Source: a virus. Taken from it: a DNA stretch of 64,000 nucleotides. The notes under the pieces were generated by a model. It worked only from the letters and a program-made list of their open reading frames with translations, did no database searches and was not told the origin of the DNA. Shown piece after piece: positions 30,205 through 40,145 of this stretch. Location of the stretch: positions 94,421 through 158,420 of the IMG/VR virus record IMGVR_UViG_3300030102_006951; one strand, written 5' to 3'. Each line of letters starts with the position of its first letter. Within the stretch, counting starts at the first letter, position 1. The translations under genes and the position numbers were made by a program.

Positions 30205-31704
30205 ATGAATAGTAATTTAATATTAAGAGTACTTAACAGTCCTTGGATAACACCAGAGCCCGATATTACTAAGGGTTCTGTGTTATCTCATGACGATGTA
30301 GATAATAACTTTATTTATTTAAAGGGTGAGGTGGTATATACAGCTCAAACTTTAGGTAGCACCATAACACTTAAGAAAATAAATGGTAATGATATATCGT
30401 TTGATATTGGTGGTTCTGGGGGTAGTGGAGTTTATTGGACTTCTGGTTCCACTGGTAATGGCTCAATAAGGGTTGTTAATGGAGGTACTACTGATTCTGA
30501 GGGTGATTATAGTTTGGTCACTGGTTTTGATAATTTAATTAGTTCTTTAGGTGGTATTGATTCAGCTGATAATTCTTCAATAATAGGTGGTAATCAAAAT
30601 ACTTTAGATAGGAGTAACGATTCTTCAATAATTGGAGGTAATTTAAATTTTATTAGAAGAGATAATAAAAGGTCTTTAATATTAGGTGGTCATAAGAATC
30701 AAATGTTAGGGCTATATAATACATCAATTAGTGGTATAACTACTTCTGATAATTCTATTATTGGTGGTAGTGATAACACGGTGGCTAACTCTTCAAACAG
30801 TGGTATATTGGGTGGTTTAGATAATGTTATAGAATCTACTGAAGGAAACTTATTGATACAGGATACCATACAAAATTCACATATAATTGCTGGTAGAGAT
30901 AATGTAATCTCACCATCACATATTGATTCTGTAATTCTTGGTGGTAGAGAAAACTCATTAGTTGGTAATAGAAGTAATCCACTTAATACTAATATTGATG
31001 GGATTGAGAATGGAATACTTGGTGGTTATCAAAATAAAATATCTTATGTTGGTAGAAACGGTATAGTTGGTGGTACTAACAACTTAATAAATGGTGAGGG
31101 TAACCCAACTAATAATGTTATTTGTGGTGGTGATAGTAATCATATTAAAGAACTTGCAAATATAAACTCATTTATTGCTGGTGGTGTTAATAACACCATA
31201 GATGCAGAATTATCTACCCCTTCTAGGTATTCACCTAATTCAGCAATAATAGCTGGTAGTGGTAATACAATATTCGCTGAAAGTACTGAAACAGACGGTA
31301 ACATAGTAATAATAGGTGGTAATAATATTACCGCAACTAGTAAAAATACGGTATATGTTCCTAATTTAGAAGTGACTGGACAGGCTTATACACCTATTCA
31401 TGATAATTTAACTGGTAGTACGTCATTCATTCCAGACTGGAATAATTCAAATGTACAAATATTAACTCTTAGTGGCAATACTAGTATTAGTGGTGGTATA
31501 GCTACAATGAAGGGTGGTTCATCGTATACCATGATAGTTAAGCAATCTAACGGTGGTTCTCATAGTATAACTTGGGATTCTACTTATAAGTGGGAAGATG
31601 GTTTGGCTCCAGACCTAACATCTGCTGATGGTTCAGTGGATATATTAACATTCATATGTGACGGAACTAATTTACACGGTTTAATAGCAAAAAACTTTCA
31701 ATAG
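30205..31704 (+). CDS. tail fibre/adhesin-like protein (beta-helix repeats)
   Basis: Shared N-terminal anchor; many SxIIGGxxN repeats; C-terminal Q..GG..ITW..YKW..G.AP.LT...VDILTF fibre domain. Confidence 0.75.
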   Translation: MNSNLILRVLNSPWITPEPDITKGSVLSHDDVDNNFIYLKGEVVYTAQTLGSTITLKKINGNDISFDIGGSGGSGVYWTSGSTGNGSIRVVNGGTTDSEGDYSLVTGFDNLISSLGGIDSADNSSIIGGNQNTLDRSNDSSIIGGNLNFIRRDNKRSLILGGHKNQMLGLYNTSISGITTSDNSIIGGSDNTVANSSNSGILGGLDNVIESTEGNLLIQDTIQNSHIIAGRDNVISPSHIDSVILGGRENSLVGNRSNPLNTNIDGIENGILGGYQNKISYVGRNGIVGGTNNLINGEGNPTNNVICGGDSNHIKELANINSFIAGGVNNTIDAELSTPSRYSPNSAIIAGSGNTIFAESTETDGNIVIIGGNNITATSKNTVYVPNLEVTGQAYTPIHDNLTGSTSFIPDWNNSNVQILTLSGNTSISGGIATMKGGSSYTMIVKQSNGGSHSITWDSTYKWEDGLAPDLTSADGSVDILTFICDGTNLHGLIAKNFQ

Positions 31705-31707
31705 TGT

Positions 31708-33396
31708 ATGGGATTTTTTACGCCATTTGTATATAGAAAGGGTGTTACTCAAGGTGGTGGGGGTAACCTACCAAATGGTTTTGACGTATTAGATGGTCAT
31801 AATGCTATTATTTGGTTAGATAGTTCTATAGATGTATTTAATGATGCGTCTGGCACACTAGCTTCAACTGGACAAACAGCATATCAATGGAACGACCAAA
31901 CGTCCTATAATAATCATGCTATACAATCTAATTCTAGTAATAGACCCACATACACAAGTGGTGGTACATGCATTAATGAAGGTAAAGTATTATACTTTGA
32001 TAAAGATGAAAACGATTTTATGTCAGTTACTAATGACGCCTCTTTTAATACTTTATCTGGGTTAACGTTATTTATGTATTTTAATAAGAATGATTCTCAG
32101 GATTGGTTTACTTGCTGTGATGTAATTACCGAATATGCTGACGGTGAATTTACTTATCCAGCTTCACCTTTTGGGGGCTGGACCGTAGATTGTGTTGAGC
32201 AAAATGTTGATGAATCTTATCTCAGATTTTCATATAGCGACCCAGCCGAATCGTCACCTTATGGATATAATGAATTAAAAATTAGGACACCTAAATTGGA
32301 TGACTCTGCTTCCAATGAATTTGAATTATATACATTTAGAGTTGGTGGTTCTGGGGGTACTGAACCCACACTTATTGAGTCTTGGATAAACACCACTTTT
32401 GAGGATAGCGAGTTGGGTGATGGTAGTGGTATCACTTATACTACAACTACTGAGCCTTTGAGTATTGGTGGTTCATCGGTTTCCACTAATAATCCGTCAC
32501 CAGTTTCTTTTGGTAATTATATATTATATGATGGTCCATTAAGTAATTCAGCTGTCACTAAAGTTCAAAATTATATTATTAACAGATGTTGGGGTGATAG
32601 TCCTACACCACCTAGTGGTGATTTATTATTAGACTTGGACCCGACAAAGGGTGTTTATAGTGATGATGGTGTAACTTTTGCTTCTGACGGCTCTGATGTT
32701 TATAGGTGGGACGACCAAAGTAGTTATAATAATAATGCCATAACTAATAGAGTTATTTATGATAGTGGTTCTACTGACCCCACATTTAATGTTTTCGGTA
32801 ATGCTGGTAAGCCAAATGTATTCATGTCCTGGTTTAATGATGAGACATTTGTTGTTGATAATTCTGATGCAGATTTTGATGTTCAAGAATTAACTATGAT
32901 TGCTGTTGTTGAACCTTATCAAACTAACCCAGGTTCTGGGGCCCCGTTAATATCAAATAACTGTACTTTTGGAGGTTCGGGTGTTAATGGTTATACTATT
33001 GAAGTTATAGGTACTTCTGGTAATAGGAAGTGGGCTGTTTGGATGCAAGGAACTGGCGTTAATGATAACTTCGGTAATGAACCAGCTTATACGGGTGGCA
33101 CACCACAAATAGTAACTTGGAGGTTTAGTGCTGGAACAATTGGTCAGCAATATGTTCAAATAAATAATGAAGTTAAAATGTCTGGAGATGCTGAGACTAG
33201 TATTAATTTTGGATTACCTAGTGATTTGTTAATTAATAGTAGATTTAATGCTGCTGTAGCTAATTGTGATGAGACTAATTTATCCCCAAACTTGGGTATG
33301 TATGTCTATAGATTAATGATTTATGGTGAATACCTGGATGATGCAACTATAAATAGTTTTATATCGGATTTAAATGATTTCCATGATATTTATTAA
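31708..33396 (+). CDS. virion protein with two LamG/ConA-like domains
   Basis: Two copies of W/L-LD...WxDQ(T/S)SYNNxA...P. Confidence 0.7.
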   Translation: MGFFTPFVYRKGVTQGGGGNLPNGFDVLDGHNAIIWLDSSIDVFNDASGTLASTGQTAYQWNDQTSYNNHAIQSNSSNRPTYTSGGTCINEGKVLYFDKDENDFMSVTNDASFNTLSGLTLFMYFNKNDSQDWFTCCDVITEYADGEFTYPASPFGGWTVDCVEQNVDESYLRFSYSDPAESSPYGYNELKIRTPKLDDSASNEFELYTFRVGGSGGTEPTLIESWINTTFEDSELGDGSGITYTTTTEPLSIGGSSVSTNNPSPVSFGNYILYDGPLSNSAVTKVQNYIINRCWGDSPTPPSGDLLLDLDPTKGVYSDDGVTFASDGSDVYRWDDQSSYNNNAITNRVIYDSGSTDPTFNVFGNAGKPNVFMSWFNDETFVVDNSDADFDVQELTMIAVVEPYQTNPGSGAPLISNNCTFGGSGVNGYTIEVIGTSGNRKWAVWMQGTGVNDNFGNEPAYTGGTPQIVTWRFSAGTIGQQYVQINNEVKMSGDAETSINFGLPSDLLINSRFNAAVANCDETNLSPNLGMYVYRLMIYGEYLDDATINSFISDLNDFHDIY

Positions 33397-33425
33397 TAAA
33401 TAATAAAAAGTATAAAAACAAAAAC

Positions 33426-34607
33426 ATGTCTTCTAACAATAATTTAATTTTAAGAGTACTTAATAGTCCTTGGACTGAATACAGCCCTTTGGATGTTAAA
33501 CTAATGAGTAAAGTAGAGTTTACGAATGTAGATTATCCATTTTATAAATCATTAGATAATAACTTTATTTATTTAAAGGGTGAGATAATACATGAGGCTG
33601 AAAATCTTGATGGTACTGTAACGCTTAAGAAAATAAATGGTAATGATATATCGTTCGATATTGGTTCTAGTAATGGTGATGCTACTGGGCCAATTACTGT
33701 TGAAGGTAATTTAGAGTTACAGGGTACATCACCAGCTACTACATCTCAAGCTATATATGGTATTAATGTTATAACTGGTGCCACAGAATCAGCTTTAGCT
33801 ACAAAGCTACCAAGCCCTACTACGGGTAGACATACTATTTTTGTTAATAATTCAGACATACCAATACTAGTTTTTCCATCAGATACTGGTGGTGAGATTA
33901 ATGGTGTTGTAGATGGTGTGGCAATAATACCAAATGATGGTATAGCTTATACTTTTTATTGTATTGAAAATCCTACACCAGGTGCGTGGACTTGGACTGC
34001 ACCAGCGATAGGTAATTTAAGTCACAGTGAAATTTCAATTAATCACACCAATGGTGCTCAATCTATAGAGTGGAATAATGGTCAACAAGGTGTGTCAAAC
34101 GACACTTCTCCCGTTTCAGTTGGTATGGCGGGTGATGGTAGTATAATGCTAGATGGTAGTTGGAATACAAATAATTTCCCAGTTTGGGTTCATAAACTGA
34201 AAGTATATACTAATATTAAATGGGATGATATAGGGCCTAATCAAAATGATAAGATACAAGTTGGTTTCAAACAAGGTTATAAAAGTGCTTCGAATAGTAC
34301 AAGTCATGGTGTTAGAGCTACTGCGGTTTTTCAAGGTACTCAAGCTTCTCACCATCCTGATATTCAAGAAGTTTCAAGCGGTGTATCTGGGAATAATGTG
34401 GGTGACCTTGGCACTCTTTATATGGAAATACCTACCACTTACAATTTTCCACTATATAATATAATAGGTAATCAATGTGTCACAACACCAATTGCTCTTG
34501 GTAACGAGATTTGTCAAAGTAATGGTTTTTATACATTTGAAATGGTTGTGAATGCAAATGTGATATCAAAGGAATATAAGTTTCAGTGGTTTATAGAGTA
34601 CTCTTAA
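33426..34607 (+). CDS. fibre-like protein with shared N-terminal anchor
   Basis: LILRVLNSPW...DNNFIYLKGE..TLKKINGNDISFDIG, near-identical to 30205. Confidence 0.7.
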   Translation: MSSNNNLILRVLNSPWTEYSPLDVKLMSKVEFTNVDYPFYKSLDNNFIYLKGEIIHEAENLDGTVTLKKINGNDISFDIGSSNGDATGPITVEGNLELQGTSPATTSQAIYGINVITGATESALATKLPSPTTGRHTIFVNNSDIPILVFPSDTGGEINGVVDGVAIIPNDGIAYTFYCIENPTPGAWTWTAPAIGNLSHSEISINHTNGAQSIEWNNGQQGVSNDTSPVSVGMAGDGSIMLDGSWNTNNFPVWVHKLKVYTNIKWDDIGPNQNDKIQVGFKQGYKSASNSTSHGVRATAVFQGTQASHHPDIQEVSSGVSGNNVGDLGTLYMEIPTTYNFPLYNIIGNQCVTTPIALGNEICQSNGFYTFEMVVNANVISKEYKFQWFIEYS

Positions 34608-34629
34608 TATTTATTAATAAAGGGAAGAT

Positions 34630-35016
34630 ATGGATTTTTACATTAACAAAGGGGCAACATTACCAATACTTAAAATGGAATTAATTAAAGATGGTAGATA
34701 TACTTACAAAGAATTTCATGATATGTTACAGAATAGTGATATATATTTCTGTATGACAGATGTTGTAACTGGTGTTAAAAAGATTGGTAAAAAACCAGCA
34801 GAATGTATTTTAAAATCAGAATATAATGGTTGTGGCGATGATGAATACTATATTGGTTATCGATTTACTAGTAAAGACACTAATAAGCCAGGTAGGTATG
34901 TTGGTAAATTCATAATTGAGTTTTTAGATGGTACTGTACACCCAGAAGGTACTCTTATAGTTCCAATAAGAGAGGAATTATTCATTAATGTATTAGACGG
35001 TTCAATAAAAAAGTAA
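34630..35016 (+). CDS. BppU-like (baseplate upper) Ig-like virion protein
   Basis: FYINKGATLP.L...YRFTSKDTNKPGRYVGKFIIEF pattern. Confidence 0.6.
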   Translation: MDFYINKGATLPILKMELIKDGRYTYKEFHDMLQNSDIYFCMTDVVTGVKKIGKKPAECILKSEYNGCGDDEYYIGYRFTSKDTNKPGRYVGKFIIEFLDGTVHPEGTLIVPIREELFINVLDGSIKK

Positions 35017-35056
35017 CACAAATAGTTGCTTGTTTGATTCAAAACAATTATCTTTA

Positions 35057-35080
35057 TTAATCTTTTTACAAAAAGATTAA
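35057..35080. promoter_or_regulatory. perfect inverted repeat upstream of the polymerase promoter
   Basis: TTAATCTTTTT-AC-AAAAAGATTAA. Confidence 0.5.
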
Positions 35081-35100
35081 AAAATCTTTTAACTAAAAAA

Positions 35101-35132
35101 TTTGTTTTACTATTTTTAATTCATTATATTTG
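35101..35132 (+). promoter_or_regulatory. Bacteroidota sigma-A-type promoter (-33 TTTG / -7 TAnnTTTG)
   Basis: TTTG 35101-35104, 20-nt spacer, TATATTTG 35125-35132, ATG at 35149. Confidence 0.6.
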
Positions 35133-35148
35133 GCGAAAAATATATAAT

Positions 35149-38100
35149 ATGAATAATACAGTTGGCTTTGAAGTAATCGAGCAATTCCTAGAAGGTAGAG
35201 ACCCCCAAAAATATATAGTAGCAATTGAGAGCTCTTATAGAGACAACACAGTTGATTTAATAATTAATGACCCGACAGATGGTAAACGAATCGAAAAGCA
35301 CTCATATAAACCGTTTGTTTGGTTGAAGCATGAGGTTTCACTTTTATTGTATGGTGGTAAGACTAGTTTGATAAAAGAGGCTATGTCTAAATATAAGGTT
35401 AAAATAAAAAAACTTATAGTTGAGGATGGTGATGGTAATGTTCCAGAAAGACTAGATAATGGTTATAAGTTTATGGCAATATGTGATGGTAGTTATTCTA
35501 ATTTAATAAACTTTTTTAGGGAAGGTGGTGTCGATTTATATAGTAAGGATAATATAAATCCTTCAGATAAAAATTCACCAACATTTAGAAGTTTATTTGT
35601 TGCATTTTCACCTGACGAACAATTTTTAATACAAAGTGGTAAGAGATTGTTTAAGGGTATGGATGAATATAATGATTTACATAGATTTCAGTTTGACCTT
35701 GAGACTGAAGGTTTAGATGCATCAGTAGATGCTATATTCCAAATAGGTATTAGAGACAATAGGGGTTATGAAGAGGTTTTGGAGACTAGGGGTAATAATG
35801 AAAAAGAAAAAAGAGATTCGGAAAGGAATAACATTATTAGATTTTTTCATATAATAGATGAAAGATTGCCAGATTTAATAACAGCTTATAATGATGCAAA
35901 TTTTGATTGGCCTTTTATTAAAAGAAGATGTGAGAGACTTGGTATAGATATAGTAAATATAGCTAAAACACTAAACCCTAATAAAAAAATTAGGTGGAAG
36001 GATACTATGCTTAAATTGGGCGGTGAGACTGAATTTTTTGAGCAAACTTTGATGTGGGGGTATAATGTATTGGACATTTCTCACTCTGTTCGTAGGGCCC
36101 AAGCAATTAATTCAGATATAAAATCATGGTCACTTAAATATATTACACAATTTTCTGGTGTAGCAAAAAAGAATAGGGTTTATGTTCCTGGGGATATACT
36201 AAACAAAACGTGGCTAGATACCTCTGATTACGCTTTTAATGATGTTAATGGTGATTGGTATAGGATTAGTGAAGATAAGCCATTAGATGAAGGTTATGTG
36301 GTTGTTAAGGGTGATTATATAATCAGGAGGTACTTGCTTGATGACCTTTGGGAAACCGACCAAGTAGATGCTATATACAATCAGGCAGCATATTTAATTG
36401 CTAAATTATTACCAACATCATATATGCGTTCATCTACAATGGGTACCGCTGGGCAATGGAAGTTGATTATGGCTGCTTGGTCTTACGAAAACGGATTAGG
36501 TATACCAGCATTAGAAAAGAAGAGGGAGTTCACAGGTGGTCTTTCTAGACTGCTTGAGGTTGGCTACGCTAGAGATGTGGCTAAACTTGACTTTGCTGCA
36601 CTATACCCTAAAACTCAATTAACTCATGATATATTCCCTAGTTTAGACATATCTGGGGTTATGAAGGGTCTTTTAACTTACGTTGTTGATAAGAGGGATG
36701 AGTTTAAATTTAAAACTGGTGAGGAAAAGACTGTAGCTAAAGATTTACAGAAAAAGTTAGATGATAATTTACATAGACTTACACCAGACAGGGTGGCTAA
36801 TGCTAATAGGATGATTAGTGAGCATAAAAAACTTTCATCTGATTATGACAAAAAACAATTACCACTTAAAATATTGGCTAATTCATTTTTTGGTGCATAT
36901 GGGGCTCCTTATATATTTAATTGGGGGGATAGTGATTGTGCTGAAGAAACAACTTGTAGGGGTAGGCAGTATTTGAGACTTATGGTTAAACATTTTTATG
37001 AGACTCATGGTTTCAGACCCTTAGTGGGTGATACTGATGGGTTTAACTTTGCCATGCCAGAAAATATAAACGAAATTAAATATTTAGTCAAGGGCAGTCA
37101 TTGGAAAACTAAGAAGTATGAGCCAGGTACTGAACTAATTGGGTTAGATGCTGTTTTAGCTGATTTTAATGAAAGATATATGATTGGTAGGATGGGGTTA
37201 GACATAGATGATGTTTGTAATTCAACAATTAACTTTGCTAGAAAAAACTATGCTAACGACATTGATGGTAAAATAAAGTTGGTTGGTAACTCTATTAAAT
37301 CTAAAGCCATGCCCGTTTATATTGAAGAGTTTTTAAATAAAGCTATTAGACTTCTTTTAGATGGTAAGGGTTACGAGTTTATTCAATGGTATTACGATTA
37401 TGTAAATAAAATTTATAATTATGAAATACCTGTAGCTAAAATAGCTTCAAAGTCAAAGGTTAAATTAACACCTAACAATTATAAAAATGTTTACTGTAGA
37501 CAAAAAAATAAAGCTGGTAATCTTAAGTCTAGACAAGCACACATGGAACTAATATTAAAACATGATTTAAATGTTAATTTAGGTGATGTTATTTATTACG
37601 TTAATACTGGTACCGCTAAAAGTCATGCTGATATAAAAACAATTAAAGATAAAAAAACTAAGCAAGTATCTGAGGTTTTATTTAATTGTAAGTTAGTCCC
37701 TATAGATGAAATAGAAAATAATCCAGATTATACTACGGATGAATATAATGTTGCTAAGTACTTAGATTCTTTTAACAAGAGAATTAAACCTCTTCTAGTT
37801 TGTTTTAGTCCAGAAATTAGAAATGAAATTATTATTGATGTGTATAAAGATAAAAAGACTAAACTACTTAAATTAAATGAAAGAAACGCATTCACTAGGA
37901 AAGAATGTGAATTAGTCGCTGGAAAACCTTTCGAGGATACGGACCAAGATTCATATGATGCACTTATGACTTTAGAAGATAAAGAGATTAGATTCTGGGA
38001 TTCTGTTAACAAAACTCCTAATAATATGGAAGAAGACGAGTGGGCTTTAATTAGGTCAGATTATAATGAAAGGAAGAGAATAGAAAGAATTGAAGGTATT

Positions 38101-38646
38101 AGTAATGAAAAAAATCTTGTAAATGATATTTGTATGAGATTGGAAGTTGATGATTATAATTTAATGAAAAATGAGAATAAGTTACCAAATGAAATATTAT
38201 CTTTCTGTGATTTATTTGAAATTGATGGTAGATTTGTTTTAATATCTAATAAATGGGGTGTTGAATTACATGACAGTTCTATTTTACTAAAATATGAGCC
38301 TCAAGCAAATGAAAGACAAATTTATTATAATACTTTGGTTGAAGATGTTGATGATAGGTATCAACAGTGGATTGATTATAAAGAATCGTTGAAAGATGTG
38401 AACACAACAAAAGATGTTATTAACGATGTAAATGGTTTAGAGGCAAATATGATTAAATTATTAGAGGATAACTATTGGGAGGTAGGTTATGATGGGTCAT
38501 GGATTAGAAAAGACTGGGATTATAACAAAATTGGTAGTTTTACTTTGGAAGAAGCTTATAAAGCTGAGATGAGTTATCAAAACGATTTAAATAAAGCTAA
38601 GAATCAAAAATCAGATGATTTAATTATGAAATTTAAAGATGATTAA
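35149..38646 (+). CDS. family B DNA polymerase with 3'-5' exonuclease
   Basis: FDLET (ExoI), YNDANFDWPFI (ExoII), DFAALYP (motif A), KILANSFFG (motif B), GDTDG (motif C). Confidence 0.93.
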   Translation: MNNTVGFEVIEQFLEGRDPQKYIVAIESSYRDNTVDLIINDPTDGKRIEKHSYKPFVWLKHEVSLLLYGGKTSLIKEAMSKYKVKIKKLIVEDGDGNVPERLDNGYKFMAICDGSYSNLINFFREGGVDLYSKDNINPSDKNSPTFRSLFVAFSPDEQFLIQSGKRLFKGMDEYNDLHRFQFDLETEGLDASVDAIFQIGIRDNRGYEEVLETRGNNEKEKRDSERNNIIRFFHIIDERLPDLITAYNDANFDWPFIKRRCERLGIDIVNIAKTLNPNKKIRWKDTMLKLGGETEFFEQTLMWGYNVLDISHSVRRAQAINSDIKSWSLKYITQFSGVAKKNRVYVPGDILNKTWLDTSDYAFNDVNGDWYRISEDKPLDEGYVVVKGDYIIRRYLLDDLWETDQVDAIYNQAAYLIAKLLPTSYMRSSTMGTAGQWKLIMAAWSYENGLGIPALEKKREFTGGLSRLLEVGYARDVAKLDFAALYPKTQLTHDIFPSLDISGVMKGLLTYVVDKRDEFKFKTGEEKTVAKDLQKKLDDNLHRLTPDRVANANRMISEHKKLSSDYDKKQLPLKILANSFFGAYGAPYIFNWGDSDCAEETTCRGRQYLRLMVKHFYETHGFRPLVGDTDGFNFAMPENINEIKYLVKGSHWKTKKYEPGTELIGLDAVLADFNERYMIGRMGLDIDDVCNSTINFARKNYANDIDGKIKLVGNSIKSKAMPVYIEEFLNKAIRLLLDGKGYEFIQWYYDYVNKIYNYEIPVAKIASKSKVKLTPNNYKNVYCRQKNKAGNLKSRQAHMELILKHDLNVNLGDVIYYVNTGTAKSHADIKTIKDKKTKQVSEVLFNCKLVPIDEIENNPDYTTDEYNVAKYLDSFNKRIKPLLVCFSPEIRNEIIIDVYKDKKTKLLKLNERNAFTRKECELVAGKPFEDTDQDSYDALMTLEDKEIRFWDSVNKTPNNMEEDEWALIRSDYNERKRIERIEGISNEKNLVNDICMRLEVDDYNLMKNENKLPNEILSFCDLFEIDGRFVLISNKWGVELHDSSILLKYEPQANERQIYYNTLVEDVDDRYQQWIDYKESLKDVNTTKDVINDVNGLEANMIKLLEDNYWEVGYDGSWIRKDWDYNKIGSFTLEEAYKAEMSYQNDLNKAKNQKSDDLIMKFKDD

Positions 38647-38650
38647 AATA

Positions 38651-38678
38651 AAATAGGGCTAAACAAAGCCCTTTTTTT
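38651..38678. terminator. bidirectional intrinsic terminator between convergent genes
   Basis: AAAT-AGGGCT-aaacaa-AGCCCT-TTTTTT. Confidence 0.75.
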
Positions 38679-38682
38679 ATAA

Positions 38683-39831
38683 TTACTTTAAGTAGAACCC
38701 TAATGGTCTAAACTTTAAATGTTTATTTAAAAACTCAGCTTCATTAGCAGCTCTTTCCATTTGTTTAGTAGATGATAATCTATCAAGTCTGGCGTCAAGT
38801 CTCTCTAATACAGATTTTCTTTCATCATTACCTTCACTTAATAATGACTCATAATCCATTGTTCTTTCAGCTTCTGGTGGCCCTACTACTCCACCAAATT
38901 TACCTCTTGTTCTACCTAAAGCCCTTTTAGCTTCAGATATAAATAGTTGCCTAACAAGTGTTTTTGTTGGTTCATTGAAATCTGAAAAATCTAATTTAGA
39001 TAATGGTACATCGTTTGGTAATTTAATAATATCTGGATTATCTCTTCTACAATCATCAACGTTTGATGGGTTTGTGTCATAATAGAAATACCAAGCCTGA
39101 CACCCAGTTATATTTATTGAGCTACCTGGACCACCTATACCGTGACCGAATGTAAATTTAGAACCTGGTGTGGATAGTAAGTGTAATAATCTAGTTCCAT
39201 TTGGCCCAGCTGTTAATTTATAAACCAGTTCACTTCTTAATAACCTATTCTTTAAATTTAAGTCACTAGCTGTTAGTAAGATATCAAAGGCTGGTGCGAT
39301 ATAATAACCACCATAACCACCAAATCCGTAACCGTTACCACCACCACCTACGCCACCTAGCTGTCCGTATCCACCAGCGAATCCATAATCTAAACCAGCA
39401 TAGTTAGCAAACAATGCCGCTTGTGTTGTTGGAGGTGTTATCCATAATACTTCGTTTACTTCTCTACCAGCTGGTATTTCATAAACTTGTCTGCCAGCTT
39501 CTAGGGTTACATAATCTTTTTTTAATTCCCATGGCCCCCTTGTTTGTAGTCCAACTTGTTTTGAGTATGCGTATGTGTATTGTGTCGTCAAATCAAAATC
39601 TCTAACACTTAAGGCAAATGCCATGTCAGTACTATCGATACTTTGACCTAATAATGATTGCCATTGGTGTTCTATGAGCCACTCTTGGACATATTGTGCG
39701 TAGTCTTCAATTGCAATGTCTAGCAGTGTGCAAAGCATGTCGTCAGTTAATTCAATCTGACGCAATGGTGCACCCATTGAAACTCTAAATTGTTCAAATA
39801 TTCTATTCTTATCTTCGTTACTAATTGGCAT
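38683..39831 (-). CDS. neck / head-tail adaptor protein (T4 gp13-like)
   Basis: MGAPLRQIEL at the N-terminus; AKRALGRTRGKFG..V..P...MDYESLLSEG near the C-terminus. Confidence 0.75.
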   Translation of the reverse strand: MPISNEDKNRIFEQFRVSMGAPLRQIELTDDMLCTLLDIAIEDYAQYVQEWLIEHQWQSLLGQSIDSTDMAFALSVRDFDLTTQYTYAYSKQVGLQTRGPWELKKDYVTLEAGRQVYEIPAGREVNEVLWITPPTTQAALFANYAGLDYGFAGGYGQLGGVGGGGNGYGFGGYGGYYIAPAFDILLTASDLNLKNRLLRSELVYKLTAGPNGTRLLHLLSTPGSKFTFGHGIGGPGSSINITGCQAWYFYYDTNPSNVDDCRRDNPDIIKLPNDVPLSKLDFSDFNEPTKTLVRQLFISEAKRALGRTRGKFGGVVGPPEAERTMDYESLLSEGNDERKSVLERLDARLDRLSSTKQMERAANEAEFLNKHLKFRPLGFYLK

Positions 39832-39875
39832 AATATTATGATTTATATATAAATATTAAGAAATTAGGTAATCTT

Positions 39876-40145
39876 TTATTTTTCTTCAGATAAGAATTTT
39901 TTAGTTAAATCAAATGCTTCATCAATACTCTTAAAACTAATTTCTGGGGATAATAATACTTTTTTAACTAGAATTATCGGTACATTTTCAGTTTTACCTA
40001 ATTCCATTATTTTTTCAACTTCTTTAGTATGTTCTTTTAATTCAATATCTACATAGATATAATCAATCCCACCCTCATCAAATTTAGTTCTAATTTCTTT
40101 ACAGTATGGACAGTTTTCAAATCCATATAATCTTACATTATTCAT
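39876..40145 (-). CDS. glutaredoxin-like protein
   Basis: CPYC active site, NVP cis-Pro motif. Confidence 0.85.
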   Translation of the reverse strand: MNNVRLYGFENCPYCKEIRTKFDEGGIDYIYVDIELKEHTKEVEKIMELGKTENVPIILVKKVLLSPEISFKSIDEAFDLTKKFLSEEK

